DNA of 62,177 nucleotides from a virus (lineage: Duplodnaviria > Caudoviricetes), in the IMG/VR virus record IMGVR_UViG_3300032323_001402, positions 1 through 62,177 of that record; one strand, written 5' to 3'. How positions within the stretch are numbered: the stretch's first letter is position 1; the number at the start of each line of letters is the position of its first letter. The position numbers and the translations under genes were made by a program. A model generated the notes under the pieces. The model was given only the letters and a program-made list of their open reading frames with translations, made no database searches and was not told the origin of the DNA. Of this stretch, positions 28,011 to 38,293 are shown one piece after another.

Positions 28011-30518
28011 ATGATAACTTGGCAAACACCCGCAGGCAGTTTAGGGATACTCACAGAACGTGAACTCCAGGCTATCGAAATACAGGCCACATCTGATGTT
28101 GGCACAATCACCTATACTCTAATCGCTGGATCATTGCCTAGAGGGCTTAGACTTACCAGCGAATACACCTATGACAGCACACAGACCAACGGATATATTA
28201 AAGGCTCTGCTGTGGAAGTTAAACGCTGGACTGAAAGTCGTTTTGTGATCAGAGCCGACGACGGCGAGGATCTTGAAGACAGAACCTTTACACTAGCGGT
28301 AGACGGTTCAGACATTCCTGCTTGGATCACTCGTGAGGGATTTTTAAATGTAGGTGAAGAAGCTGCTTATTTTGTGCTAGACAATGCTGGTGTTAATTTT
28401 CAACTAGAAGCTTCTGACACAGATTTTACAGCAGGCGACACCCTGGAATATTATCTCATGCCTATGGGAGGGCAATTGCCTCCAGGCTTGTCCTTGAGTC
28501 GATCTGGGGTGATATCAGGATACACTGATCCTATCTTTGCATTAGAATACAACGGATTCCCCAACGGTGGTTACGACACAGCACCATTAGATGTTACTCC
28601 TCTAGATTTTGTAGAATTAAGATCTAATGGTTTTGACAGTTATTTCTTTGATAATGTAACCTATGACTATTCAGAAGCCAGCCGTGTACCAAGACGTCTA
28701 AGCCGTATCTACACATTTGCTGTAGCGGTTACTGATGGCGTGAATGCAGTATCCCGAGTGTTTAAAATATATGTAGTCACTGAAGAATTTCTACAAGCAG
28801 ACAACAGCATAGTACCGGTTGACACTAACTTATTCCAAGCCAGTTCGTCCAGTGCTAGAAAACCTCTGTGGATCACAAATTCTTATCTAGGTAGATTTCG
28901 AGCCAATAATTACGTTACTATCTTTTTAGATGTCTACGATCCACCTACACTCAGCGGAACTATCACTTATTTTCTATTGCCTACTAATCCGGACAACACT
29001 GCAAGTACATTACCTCCAGGCATGGCTTTGGATTCGATCACTGGTGAGATCGCAGGACGTGTACCATATCAAGCAGCAGTAACCAAACAGTATAAATTTA
29101 CCATGATGGCTGTGAACTTCCCAGCTACATTGGCCACTACTACCTATACTCTTAAAGGCAATTGGAATGCTGGTGTTACGTATCAGATCAACGAGGCTGT
29201 GAGATATCTCGGCTTCATCTATACTGCCACTGCTGTTAACAGAGCTAAACTTCCTAGCGATGACAGTGATTTTTGGTTTAAAGGTGTTTCTACCGCAGAC
29301 AAAACATTTACAGTAGACATTATCGGTGAGATCGAAAGCGCAGTTGAGTGGATCACCGACAGCGATCGTGGCTCTATTAAACCTAATCAACCTAGCCAAA
29401 TATTTGTACAGGCTCGAAGTTTATTATATGGCGGACGAATTGCCTATGATCTAGTGAGCGGTAGATTGCCGCCAGGATTAAATTTTTTAGCCACTGGTGA
29501 TATCGAAGGCAAGGTTAGACAGATCGCCGATGACAACGGCCCGGGCCTGACTAGATTCTTCGAAAGAACAGATAGTCTAGCACCTGTAGAAGACAGCTCT
29601 ACACTATCAAGAGATTACACAGGGGTGTTTGATGGTGGTGTCACAACCTTTGATAAAAAATATGTATTCACTATACGAGCTCGAGATGCAGCAAACTTTG
29701 CAGAAAGCCTAAGAACTTTTAACATCACAGTAGTCTCTGACAATACCAAGATATTTGCTAATCTATATCTGCAGGCGTTTCAAAGCAAGAGCAAGAGATT
29801 GGCATGGTATGATTTCATCACAGATGCCAACACATTTAAACCTGCAGATATCTATAGATACGGTGATCCGAATTTTGGCATACAGACTGATCTTAAAATG
29901 TTAGTCTATGCAGGTATCGAAAGTGTAGAAGCAGTAAAGTATGTTCAGGCCATGAGTCGTAATCATTATCGTAAAAGACTGCTGTTTGGAGATATACGAG
30001 TTTCTGAAGGCAAAGATCCTGTGACACAAGAAACTTTATATGAAGCTATCTATGTAACTGTCTTAGACGAATACGAAAAAAATGGTAAAAGTATCAGGCA
30101 AACTGTGGAATTAAATGACAGTATCAAAAGCAAAGTATTGATCAGTTATGATGCTATCAAAGTAGACAGCGATATTCCTTTTGTCAGCGATTCAGATCAT
30201 CAACGTATATTTCCTAACAGTATCAAAAACATGCGAGCAAGAATTGACGACCTAGGTGACCGTGATCGTGAATTTTTACCGTTATGGATGCGCAGTATAC
30301 AGGATCAAACCACTTATGAACCGGGATACAGCAAAGCTCTTATATTGTGTTTTGTGAAACCTGGAAAATCTACAGAGATGATAGCCAGAATCAAAGCTGC
30401 GAATTTTGATTTCAAAACCATTGATTTCGTAGCAGATCGCTATCTGATTGACATTATTGATGGTCAGATAGAAGATAAATACCTTGCATTTCCGCAACGT
30501 GGAGAAAAATTACCGTGA
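28011..30518 (+). CDS. virion/baseplate protein with repeated putative Ig-like domains
   Basis: Repeated W.T..G.LG and G.LPPGL.L...G.I.G modules. Confidence 0.7.
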   Translation: MITWQTPAGSLGILTERELQAIEIQATSDVGTITYTLIAGSLPRGLRLTSEYTYDSTQTNGYIKGSAVEVKRWTESRFVIRADDGEDLEDRTFTLAVDGSDIPAWITREGFLNVGEEAAYFVLDNAGVNFQLEASDTDFTAGDTLEYYLMPMGGQLPPGLSLSRSGVISGYTDPIFALEYNGFPNGGYDTAPLDVTPLDFVELRSNGFDSYFFDNVTYDYSEASRVPRRLSRIYTFAVAVTDGVNAVSRVFKIYVVTEEFLQADNSIVPVDTNLFQASSSSARKPLWITNSYLGRFRANNYVTIFLDVYDPPTLSGTITYFLLPTNPDNTASTLPPGMALDSITGEIAGRVPYQAAVTKQYKFTMMAVNFPATLATTTYTLKGNWNAGVTYQINEAVRYLGFIYTATAVNRAKLPSDDSDFWFKGVSTADKTFTVDIIGEIESAVEWITDSDRGSIKPNQPSQIFVQARSLLYGGRIAYDLVSGRLPPGLNFLATGDIEGKVRQIADDNGPGLTRFFERTDSLAPVEDSSTLSRDYTGVFDGGVTTFDKKYVFTIRARDAANFAESLRTFNITVVSDNTKIFANLYLQAFQSKSKRLAWYDFITDANTFKPADIYRYGDPNFGIQTDLKMLVYAGIESVEAVKYVQAMSRNHYRKRLLFGDIRVSEGKDPVTQETLYEAIYVTVLDEYEKNGKSIRQTVELNDSIKSKVLISYDAIKVDSDIPFVSDSDHQRIFPNSIKNMRARIDDLGDRDREFLPLWMRSIQDQTTYEPGYSKALILCFVKPGKSTEMIARIKAANFDFKTIDFVADRYLIDIIDGQIEDKYLAFPQRGEKLP

Positions 30519-31108
30519 CGATAACAACAAGCAGTTCAATTAATTCGAATATAAATGACAACTTCCCTGTAGCAGGGCAAGACAATGACACACAGGTATT
30601 CCGTGATAACTTCAATACCATTAAAACCAGTCTAGCTTCTGCCAAAACAGAAATCAATGAGGTGCTTGGTGCTGCCGCTAGATTAGACAACGACAACGAT
30701 TTTGGATTAAATGTTATTCAAAATGCTGTATTACAGTACAATAGAGAACAAAAATGGAACGGCGGCGCTCCAGCAGTGAGCCCAATTTCCATTGATTTTG
30801 AAAACGGCTCTTATCAAATCTACATTATTAATCACACAGCTACTATGCAGTTTACCCAATTTCCTGGGGATCCGGCATACACTGCCGAAACTGTTCCGAT
30901 TGGTGTTGGTAAAGTTACACTAGAATTGTACAGTGACGGAACCCCGAGAGTGTTAAGTTTTTCAACATCAGCAGGTACAGTTATCAAAAAAGATCCTAGT
31001 TTCCCCCCAGTGTTGACATTAACATCATCATCAAACCCAGTGTTTATTGAAGTTTGGAGACACAGTCTCGGCACTATCTATATGCGGTATCTAGGCCAAT
31101 TCGCATAA
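30515..31108 (+). CDS. structural protein
   Basis: FPVAGQDNDTQVFRDNF N-terminus; lies in the tail module. Confidence 0.6.
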   Translation: MTITTSSSINSNINDNFPVAGQDNDTQVFRDNFNTIKTSLASAKTEINEVLGAAARLDNDNDFGLNVIQNAVLQYNREQKWNGGAPAVSPISIDFENGSYQIYIINHTATMQFTQFPGDPAYTAETVPIGVGKVTLELYSDGTPRVLSFSTSAGTVIKKDPSFPPVLTLTSSSNPVFIEVWRHSLGTIYMRYLGQFA

Positions 31109-31341
31109 TGTTCCATCCATTTGAAGGAGATATTGCTCAACTCAAAGATTCCGAAGTAGAGGAAAAGCTGTTTGAATTGAACAAAAAATACTTCGCTGCC
31201 TACCGTTTAGGTAAACCTGAACTCTTGACACAACTCGCAACTTTTGTTACAATATATAAAGACGAAATGACTCGCAGGAATCATCTTCGTATGAAAGGAC
31301 AATTAGATGGCGACTTGGATCAACTGATTAATGTGGACTGA
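31108..31341 (+). CDS. hypothetical protein
   Basis: TAATG overlap; MFHPFEGD... Confidence 0.6.
   Translation: MFHPFEGDIAQLKDSEVEEKLFELNKKYFAAYRLGKPELLTQLATFVTIYKDEMTRRNHLRMKGQLDGDLDQLINVD
31225..31253 (+). promoter_or_regulatory. sigma70 promoter
   Basis: TTGACA-17-TACAAT with extended TG. Confidence 0.6.
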
Positions 31342-31810
31342 AACAAATACTCAACAACAACTGATAGAGGGTGTGCTTAAACATGGTCCAGATATTTTGG
31401 AACACTGTTTAACTTCTGATGACATAGATCAATATCTAGATCGTATAGCATCAGAACATCTACATTATCCAACTCCCAAACAACAGATCAACACCTCACA
31501 TTGGTTTATTCCAGAAGAATATAAAACCATGGACATTTTAGATTGGTTGTATCAGCGATGCCCTACTCCAGAAATACGAGAGCGGGTAGTTGAAGAACTA
31601 AGGCTATTTGCTAAACACGACATGATTCCTGTGCTGAAAACTATGAAATATATCGTAGATACACTACGAGCTAATAACATAGTTTGGGGAGTAGGCCGTG
31701 GATCTAGCGTGGCCAGTTATGTACTTCACGTTATAGGGGTACACAAGATCGACAGTATTAAATACAATATACCAATAGAAGAATTCTTCAAAGGAGAAAC
31801 AAATGGGTAA
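31331..31810 (+). CDS. stand-alone fragment of DNA polymerase III alpha (DnaE-like)
   Basis: ERV.EEL...YIVD.LR.NNI.WGVGRGSSVASYVLH.IG...ID motif. Confidence 0.75.
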   Translation: MWTETNTQQQLIEGVLKHGPDILEHCLTSDDIDQYLDRIASEHLHYPTPKQQINTSHWFIPEEYKTMDILDWLYQRCPTPEIRERVVEELRLFAKHDMIPVLKTMKYIVDTLRANNIVWGVGRGSSVASYVLHVIGVHKIDSIKYNIPIEEFFKGETNG

Positions 31811-32033
31811 AGTATACACAAGTGTAAGAGGTAAAGAGATCGACATGGAAAGATTGAGTCTCAAGCACGAAACAGAACCAGCTGTAGGAAATGCAAGAAT
31901 GAATGCTCGCGGTGACGAATTAGGTGCGGGTGGCAAAATCGTAAAGACTCGTGAACAGATTCTACAAGATTATTATAATAATAATCCACGAGCAATCAAA
32001 GACGAAATCATCGATCGTAAAAAAGCCAAATAA
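31803..32033 (+). CDS. hypothetical protein
   Basis: SD AAGGAG; AVGN.RMNARGDELG.GG motif. Confidence 0.7.
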   Translation: MGKVYTSVRGKEIDMERLSLKHETEPAVGNARMNARGDELGAGGKIVKTREQILQDYYNNNPRAIKDEIIDRKKAK

Positions 32034-32041
32034 GGAAAGAC

Positions 32042-32464
32042 ATGAGTTTTGCATTCTCAGCTAAAAAAGTAAAAGGCATTAAAGCTCTCAGCAAAGATGT
32101 TCTAGTTATTGACATGGATATGGGAGAGCAGAAAACCGCAGGCGGACTCATTATCCAAAGTGATGATGGCAAAGCACATGGTGTAAAACCACGCTGGGCC
32201 AAAGTCTACAAGGTCGGGTCTGAAGTTGATTCTATCAAAGAAGGACAATGGATTTTAATCGAACACGGACGTTGGACACGTAAGATTAAAATTGACGACG
32301 GCGAAGGCGAAAAAGAATTCCAAAAAGTAGAAACCAAATCCATTATCGCTGTGGCTAATGAAAAACCTAATGACTTCTATATCGGACAGGAATTTTCAAA
32401 TGGTTCTAGCCTTACTGTGAATCCAGAAGATTTTATGCCAGGTAATTTAAGCAAAATAAATTAG
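32042..32464 (+). CDS. GroES-like co-chaperonin
   Basis: IKAL...VLV...EQKTAGGLII...V..VG...IKEG.W pattern. Confidence 0.75.
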   Translation: MSFAFSAKKVKGIKALSKDVLVIDMDMGEQKTAGGLIIQSDDGKAHGVKPRWAKVYKVGSEVDSIKEGQWILIEHGRWTRKIKIDDGEGEKEFQKVETKSIIAVANEKPNDFYIGQEFSNGSSLTVNPEDFMPGNLSKIN

Positions 32465-32470
32465 ATAGTA

Positions 32471-32713
32471 ATGTATCTTAAGAAAAAAGACTGGGACATT
32501 AGTGACATAGCAAACCAAATACGTTCACTATCTAGACAATGTTCCAGTCCTCATAACGATGGATTTACATCCTTCGAACTCAAAAAAGATCTATACCTAC
32601 TTCAAACTCTAATCAACGAAGCTGTCAGCGATGCTCCAGATTTTGGCATATTGGAACAGGATTGGTTGACAGAACAAGAAAAGAAGCGTATAATAAACAT
32701 ACTAAAGTCGTAA
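32471..32713 (+). CDS. hypothetical protein
   Basis: ORF tiles the region. Confidence 0.6.
   Translation: MYLKKKDWDISDIANQIRSLSRQCSSPHNDGFTSFELKKDLYLLQTLINEAVSDAPDFGILEQDWLTEQEKKRIINILKS
32666..32694 (+). promoter_or_regulatory. sigma70 promoter
   Basis: TTGACA-17-TATAAT. Confidence 0.75.
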
Positions 32714-32728
32714 TCAGAAAGGTTTATT

Positions 32729-33526
32729 TTGCGTATAGGGATTGTTGGACATGGGTATGTAGGATCGGCTATTTCATGGGCACATCGCTCAGATGAATTA
32801 GTTATCCGCGATCCAAAAATGAAAGATAGTGCAAGTCTTGATCAATTCAAAGGATGTGACGCTATCTTTATCTGCGTGCCGAGCCCGTGTATTGATCCTA
32901 CACTTGAAGACGGTCGATGCGATACGTCTATTTTAGAGCAAGCATTAAAAGAATTATTGTTTGTGTTAATCAACGAGCAAATTCCAATCATATGTAAAAC
33001 AACTGCACCACCTAGCGTGTACGAACGTTTACAAAAAGAGTATCCAAATATTGTTCACGTTCCTGAATTTCTTACGGCGGCTAATGCTACTATAGATTAT
33101 ACCGATGCTGATTATTGTGTTATCGGTGGCGAATACGATTGGGCAGTTAAAGCACGTGAAGTTATCCGACACGGTCGTCCGATGGTGCAGGATAAATTTA
33201 CTATCGTGCCAATTAAGGTTGCGGCATTATTCAAATATATGATGAATAGTTATCTTGCTACTAGGGTAACGTTCATGAATGATTTTAAACTTCTAGCAGA
33301 TGCAGAAGGTGTTGAATGGAATGATTTAACATACCTAGCCAAGCACGATGGTAGAATTGGATACAGCCATATGGATGTGCCAGGCCCCGATGGACACTAT
33401 GGATGGAGTGGCGCTTGTTTTCCAAAGGACGTTGCTGCTATAATAACAGAAGCATTGGATTTAGGTACAGAATTAGAATTATTAGGTCGAGTAGAAGATA
33501 TAAACAAACAACATAGGAAAATGTAA
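32729..33526 (+). CDS. UDP-glucose/GDP-mannose dehydrogenase family protein (short form)
   Basis: GIVGHGYVG, FICVPSP, KTT.PP, PEFL, KY..N.YLA and G.SGACFPKD motifs. Confidence 0.85.
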   Translation: MRIGIVGHGYVGSAISWAHRSDELVIRDPKMKDSASLDQFKGCDAIFICVPSPCIDPTLEDGRCDTSILEQALKELLFVLINEQIPIICKTTAPPSVYERLQKEYPNIVHVPEFLTAANATIDYTDADYCVIGGEYDWAVKAREVIRHGRPMVQDKFTIVPIKVAALFKYMMNSYLATRVTFMNDFKLLADAEGVEWNDLTYLAKHDGRIGYSHMDVPGPDGHYGWSGACFPKDVAAIITEALDLGTELELLGRVEDINKQHRKM

Positions 33527-33894
33527 TGACTAATCCATTTCGTGATCAAGAAAAATTTATGCGGGCCTGCGAGCAAGCAGTAGACAATGCTAACACCGAT
33601 CAGTTTAATATGTATTTAGGATTGATTGAAGAAGAAGCTGAAGAATTAAATCAAGCTATTCTCAATAAAGATCGTGTTGAAATATTAGATGCGTTAGTCG
33701 ATATGTTAGTTGTAACCATAGGTGCTATACATAGCGCAGGGTTCGATGCCGAAGGTGCATGGAAGGAAGTCATGCGTAGCAACTTTGCCAAAGTTGATAA
33801 AGAAACTGGTAAGGTCGTTAAGCGTGAAGATGGCAAGGTTCTAAAACCTGATGGTTGGACTCCTCCAGATTTAAAGCCATTTCTAAAGAAATGA
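33526..33894 (+). CDS. MazG-like/PRA-PH NTP pyrophosphohydrolase
   Basis: LIEEEAEEL, EILDALVD, EV.RSN.AK and REDGKVLKP motifs. Confidence 0.8.
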   Translation: MTNPFRDQEKFMRACEQAVDNANTDQFNMYLGLIEEEAEELNQAILNKDRVEILDALVDMLVVTIGAIHSAGFDAEGAWKEVMRSNFAKVDKETGKVVKREDGKVLKPDGWTPPDLKPFLKK

Positions 33895-34688
33895 TTAGAA
33901 AATCACTGGCGGTACTTGTATTTTTTAGCTCATCAGCGATTGCTCAAAGCTCTTCTTACTATGTGTTTGATCAAACTGACAACAACATTATCGTAGGTGA
34001 ATTTGTCGCAGAAAAAAGACCTGTGGCTTCTTTGACTAAGTTGATGACTGCGTTGTTGATCGTAGAGTCTAGCATTAGCCTAGAAGAAAAAGTCAAATAC
34101 CACGGTGGCATATTTCAAACCAAAATGGTTAGACGTGGTGAACTTTTAGAATCGCTGTTGATACGCAGCGACAATGCAGCCGCAGAAGCCTTGGCTGCGA
34201 GTTGGTATAGTGGCAGGGCTGGGTTCGTCAAAGACATGAATGTTCGGGCGAAACAACTAGGCATGATCAATACTGGGTATGCCGATCCATCTGGATTGGA
34301 TCGACACAATGTCAGCACAGCCATAGACCAATCTATTCTTATCAGTACCGCGGCACAGTATCCTATTATATCTGCAACCTCAAGTTCTAAATACATCACT
34401 ATCGAACGCAAGACTAAAAAGAAAATCAATTACGTGTCAATTGGTAATACCAACAAAAATCTATTATTTGAATTTGATAATATTATTTTGAGCAAAACAG
34501 GATTTACTAATCCCGCAGGCAGATGCTTGGCATTAATGGTAGAGAAAGATCAACATAAATTTGTGATAGTTATATTGGGCGAAAAAACTACCACAGATCG
34601 TGAAAATAGAGCTAGACAACTCATAAACAATTATGTTACAATAAAAGAAAGAAATCTAGATGACCGTGTTCATCTGTTTAATTTTTAA
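33891..34688 (+). CDS. D-alanyl-D-alanine carboxy/endopeptidase (peptidase S11) with signal peptide
   Basis: ASLTK (SxxK), SDN and KTG motifs; hydrophobic N-terminus from ATG 33891. Confidence 0.85.
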   Translation: MIRKSLAVLVFFSSSAIAQSSSYYVFDQTDNNIIVGEFVAEKRPVASLTKLMTALLIVESSISLEEKVKYHGGIFQTKMVRRGELLESLLIRSDNAAAEALAASWYSGRAGFVKDMNVRAKQLGMINTGYADPSGLDRHNVSTAIDQSILISTAAQYPIISATSSSKYITIERKTKKKINYVSIGNTNKNLLFEFDNIILSKTGFTNPAGRCLALMVEKDQHKFVIVILGEKTTTDRENRARQLINNYVTIKERNLDDRVHLFNF

Positions 34689-34706
34689 TAATCTAGGAAA
34701 AATAAA

Positions 34707-34937
34707 ATGAGTAATCATACAGAAGCAGTAGATGACATTAAGAAAGCCAAAGCAGCATTAGATAACATTTCAACAGTTGCCAAGCATCCAGATGCTAAAA
34801 AGCACAAATATGTTAGTTTCATTAAAAGTGGATTAAGGATCATTGCTTGTGGATTCTTGGCCTACTACGAAATCCAAACAGCCGCAGTGTTGTTTGCATT
34901 TGCAGAAGTATTAGGTGTTGCAGAGGAACTAGTATAA
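34707..34937 (+). CDS. small membrane protein
   Basis: Hydrophobic C-terminal half. Confidence 0.65.
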   Translation: MSNHTEAVDDIKKAKAALDNISTVAKHPDAKKHKYVSFIKSGLRIIACGFLAYYEIQTAAVLFAFAEVLGVAEELV

Positions 34938-35852
34938 ATGAAAGAACTATGGGTAGAAAAATACCGTCCTAAAGACCTAAGTGGTTATGTTTTTAGAGAT
35001 GATCACCAACGCAAACAAATTGAAACGTGGATTAAAGATCAATCTATTCCTCATTTGATTTTTAGTGGAAGTGCAGGTATTGGCAAAACTACTCTTGCAA
35101 AAATTCTTGTTCATCAATTAGGCATTGAGGATTATGATGTATTAGAGATTAATGCAAGTCGTACAAACTCAGTAGATGATGTTCGAGATAAAATTACTAA
35201 CTTTGTACAGATGATTCCATTTGGGCCATTTAAAGTTGTGTTACTTGACGAGGCTGATTATTTGTCACCTAACGCACAGGCAGCACTTCGTGGTGTTATG
35301 GAAGAGTATCATGCAACAAGTCGATTCATTCTAACTTGTAACTATCCTAATCGTATTATTCCTGCTATACATAGTCGCTGTCAAGGTTTTCACGTCGAAC
35401 GAACAGATCAAACGGAATTCACTGCTCGTGTTGCTACAATTCTTGTAGAAGAAAATGTAGAATTTGATCTCGAAACACTAGACTCATATGTTAAAGTAAC
35501 GTATCCAGATTTACGTAAATGTATCAATATGGTACAACAAAATGTCAACGAAGACAAATTAAATGCTCCTAACAAAGGTGACGCTGGCGAAGCCGACTGG
35601 AAGTTTGATATGGTTAGTTTGTTTCAAGCTGGCAAAATTAACGAAGCTCGTAAAATGCTATGTGGTAAACTTCGTGCAGAGGAAATGGAAGAAGTATATC
35701 GTTGGCTTTATGACAACCTTTCAATCTTCGGTGAAGAACAGAAACAAGATTCTGCGATATTAATTATCAAACAAGGACTAGTAGATCATACTATTTGCGT
35801 AGATTCAGAAGTTAATCTAGCAGCCACATTGGTAAAACTAGCACGTCTATGA
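34938..35852 (+). CDS. clamp loader ATPase subunit (gp44/RFC-like)
   Basis: [22 protein letters not shown] and SRC motifs. Confidence 0.92.
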   Translation: MKELWVEKYRPKDLSGYVFRDDHQRKQIETWIKDQSIPHLIFSGSAGIGKTTLAKILVHQLGIEDYDVLEINASRTNSVDDVRDKITNFVQMIPFGPFKVVLLDEADYLSPNAQAALRGVMEEYHATSRFILTCNYPNRIIPAIHSRCQGFHVERTDQTEFTARVATILVEENVEFDLETLDSYVKVTYPDLRKCINMVQQNVNEDKLNAPNKGDAGEADWKFDMVSLFQAGKINEARKMLCGKLRAEEMEEVYRWLYDNLSIFGEEQKQDSAILIIKQGLVDHTICVDSEVNLAATLVKLARL

Positions 35853-36172
35853 CATTCCTAGTAACAGAAAATTGCATTAAATGCAAGCACACTGACTGTG
35901 TGGAAGTATGTCCTGTTGATTGTTTTTATGAAGGTCCTAATTTCTTGGCTATCAATCCCGACGAATGCATTGACTGTGGAGTGTGTGTTCCTGAATGTCC
36001 TATAAATGCTATTGTCGAAGATACTAATCTAGATCACGATATTCCTTTCTGGGTGGATCTTAACAAACGCCTTAGTGATAAATGGCCTAACATCACCAAG
36101 AAAAAATCTGCACTCCCAGATGCCGAGGAATGGAATAGTAAGCCTAATAAAATAGATCTACTAGAAGAATAA
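35849..36172 (+). CDS. fdxA: 7Fe/8Fe ferredoxin (FdxA type)
   Basis: [18 protein letters not shown] and [12 protein letters not shown] motifs. Confidence 0.9.
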   Translation: MTFLVTENCIKCKHTDCVEVCPVDCFYEGPNFLAINPDECIDCGVCVPECPINAIVEDTNLDHDIPFWVDLNKRLSDKWPNITKKKSALPDAEEWNSKPNKIDLLEE

Positions 36173-36669
36173 TGGCAGATGATAAAAAGAGATCCAACAG
36201 AACTGATGGCCGCAGCAGTTACGATTCTGAATCTACCGGGTCGCTGATTGAATTCTTTAACAAGAATGTAACACCCTATCCTACAGATGTTGGCGGGCCT
36301 GCTTTTGATCTCATACCTGTCGAAAAACAAAAAGACATCATGGTCAATGTGGCAAGACTTCATGCCCAACAAGAATACGATCGTATCATGGAATTAGTCG
36401 CAGTATTACAGAAACAAGCAATCAGCATCAAACGCAGATTAGAAGTTACTGATTGGGTACATGCAGCCAAATACGAGTTTCAAATAGCACATGGGCAAAC
36501 ATACTGGTTAGCACATAATGTTCGACTTCAGCATACCCTATTAACGCATCAAGGTCCTGATGATTGGACCACTGGTGCTCCTACTGATTATGATTATATC
36601 TGTAAAGTAAAGTGGTTAGGTGATTATAGTTGGATAGAAGTTAACGAAGAAGGAAATCCTGTAGAATGA
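36172..36669 (+). CDS. hypothetical protein (DUF2452-like)
   Basis: PYP.DVG.PAF N-terminus, coiled coil, G.TY.L...P..W; family call tentative. Confidence 0.55.
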   Translation: MADDKKRSNRTDGRSSYDSESTGSLIEFFNKNVTPYPTDVGGPAFDLIPVEKQKDIMVNVARLHAQQEYDRIMELVAVLQKQAISIKRRLEVTDWVHAAKYEFQIAHGQTYWLAHNVRLQHTLLTHQGPDDWTTGAPTDYDYICKVKWLGDYSWIEVNEEGNPVE

Positions 36670-36914
36670 ATGAAAGATATATGATTGTCAGCTACTACTT
36701 GAAACCCAACGGTAAGTGGGACGAAATTACTGACTTTAAGAAGAATTTAAGACCAAAACATATTACTACCGCTAAAGTTATATTAGACCTTAGAGATAAG
36801 AAAGTTGTCAAAAATGGCCTCAACCCTGAGGCCACCTTTGATGATATGCTAGAGTTTTACAAAAGGTTACTAGGGGATCAACTTACCCCTTACTTGCCTC
36901 AAGAATCTCCGTAG
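36666..36914 (+). CDS. hypothetical protein
   Basis: ATGA overlap. Confidence 0.6.
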   Translation: MNERYMIVSYYLKPNGKWDEITDFKKNLRPKHITTAKVILDLRDKKVVKNGLNPEATFDDMLEFYKRLLGDQLTPYLPQESP

Positions 36915-37618
36915 ATTGCTAGTATCTCCTTAACAGCTTCATGGCGTTCAACGTCACCTATAGTGAAGTGACAAATGTCTACATATCGATGATTCTCGAA
37001 GTTATTATATAACCCAAGGAATTCTAAAAGTCCATTGTTACTTGGACGGTCGGCCTGCTGTAGATCCCCAGTCACAACCATATTAGATCCTTGTCCTAAT
37101 CTCGTTAAAAGCATCTTCATTTGACTCGGCGTTGCATTTTGCATCTCATCTGCGATAATTACTGCATTTTTAAAAGTTCGTCCTCGCATATATGCTAGCG
37201 GACTGGTTTCAATCACCCCCTCTCTTATCATAGTTTCGATTTCTTTGGCAGAATAATTTTCTGCAAACACGTCCATTATGGGCTTGGTCCAAGGTTCCAT
37301 TTTTTGCTGGAGATCCCCAGGTAGGAAACCGTGTTGCTCATCAACTGACACAGCAGGTCTAGTAATAACTATCTTATCGGATTCTCCGTATTTGAGTTGA
37401 TCTATCGCCCACTGAACCGCTAACATAGTTTTACCCGTACCCGCTGGTCCGATAGCAAAAATAATCATTTTTGACGGATCATTAAGTTTGAGTAGGTATG
37501 TTTCCTGATTAAGATTTTTGGGATAAATTTGAACTCGCTTGCGTTTCTCTTGGAGTCGTTGATCTATATTTATTACATTTGTTTGAAGATATGCTGTTGC
37601 CGCTCTTTTTCGCTTCAT
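36899..37618 (-). CDS. phoH: PhoH-family ATPase
   Basis: GPAGTGKT, TRPAV, GFLPG, YMRGRT, DEMQN and GDLQQ motifs. Confidence 0.93.
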   Translation of the reverse strand: MKRKRAATAYLQTNVINIDQRLQEKRKRVQIYPKNLNQETYLLKLNDPSKMIIFAIGPAGTGKTMLAVQWAIDQLKYGESDKIVITRPAVSVDEQHGFLPGDLQQKMEPWTKPIMDVFAENYSAKEIETMIREGVIETSPLAYMRGRTFKNAVIIADEMQNATPSQMKMLLTRLGQGSNMVVTGDLQQADRPSNNGLLEFLGLYNNFENHRYVDICHFTIGDVERHEAVKEILAIYGDS

Positions 37619-37762
37619 ATTAAGGTTAGCCCTCCTTGTTAAGTGTTAGGCACGGACCTAGACCGTAGTGCCCGTACCGGACACAAACTTATTTAACGAT
37701 CTAAGACAAATATAATAAGTTATGTTAAAGTTTTAGCTGGAATAAATACATTGGGAGAGAAT

Positions 37763-38293
37763 ATGGCAGACATTAAAGACATTATCAGCAACATAGAACA
37801 AATTTACGGTTCTAATAATAGCCTTAATTTACTCAAGGATTTTGAGCGAGTTTTAGACGAGCTAGACACCTACGTCTATGATAACTGGATTGACGGTGAA
37901 TTAGTTGCAGGGCCTAAAGAATCACGATACTTTGTAGAGTGTACTTTTATGTGGCCTATGGATAAAATGCCTGAACCCAAAGGCGGACTAAGATTAATAG
38001 ATTATGGCTGCAAAGTAAAAATCGGCGAATCTATGATTTCCAAAGTACGCAAGATTAAAACACCAGACGATATTCGTCCTGGTACTAGAAAAGGCAAAAT
38101 TGATCATGAACCTATTTGGATGATCAAGATCACTATGCCTAAAAAATTAATGCACGACATTACTCGCGGTTACACAGAATTAGATCGTAACAAAGTAGAA
38201 GACATCGTTACAATGAACGGCGGTGTGAACGCACACATCGATCCAGCAGAACAACAAGCACAGGAAATGGCTAATGAACAACCAACAGCTTAA
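37763..38293 (+). CDS. hypothetical late protein
   Basis: TAAATA at 37743; SD GGAG. Confidence 0.7.
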   Translation: MADIKDIISNIEQIYGSNNSLNLLKDFERVLDELDTYVYDNWIDGELVAGPKESRYFVECTFMWPMDKMPEPKGGLRLIDYGCKVKIGESMISKVRKIKTPDDIRPGTRKGKIDHEPIWMIKITMPKKLMHDITRGYTELDRNKVEDIVTMNGGVNAHIDPAEQQAQEMANEQPTA

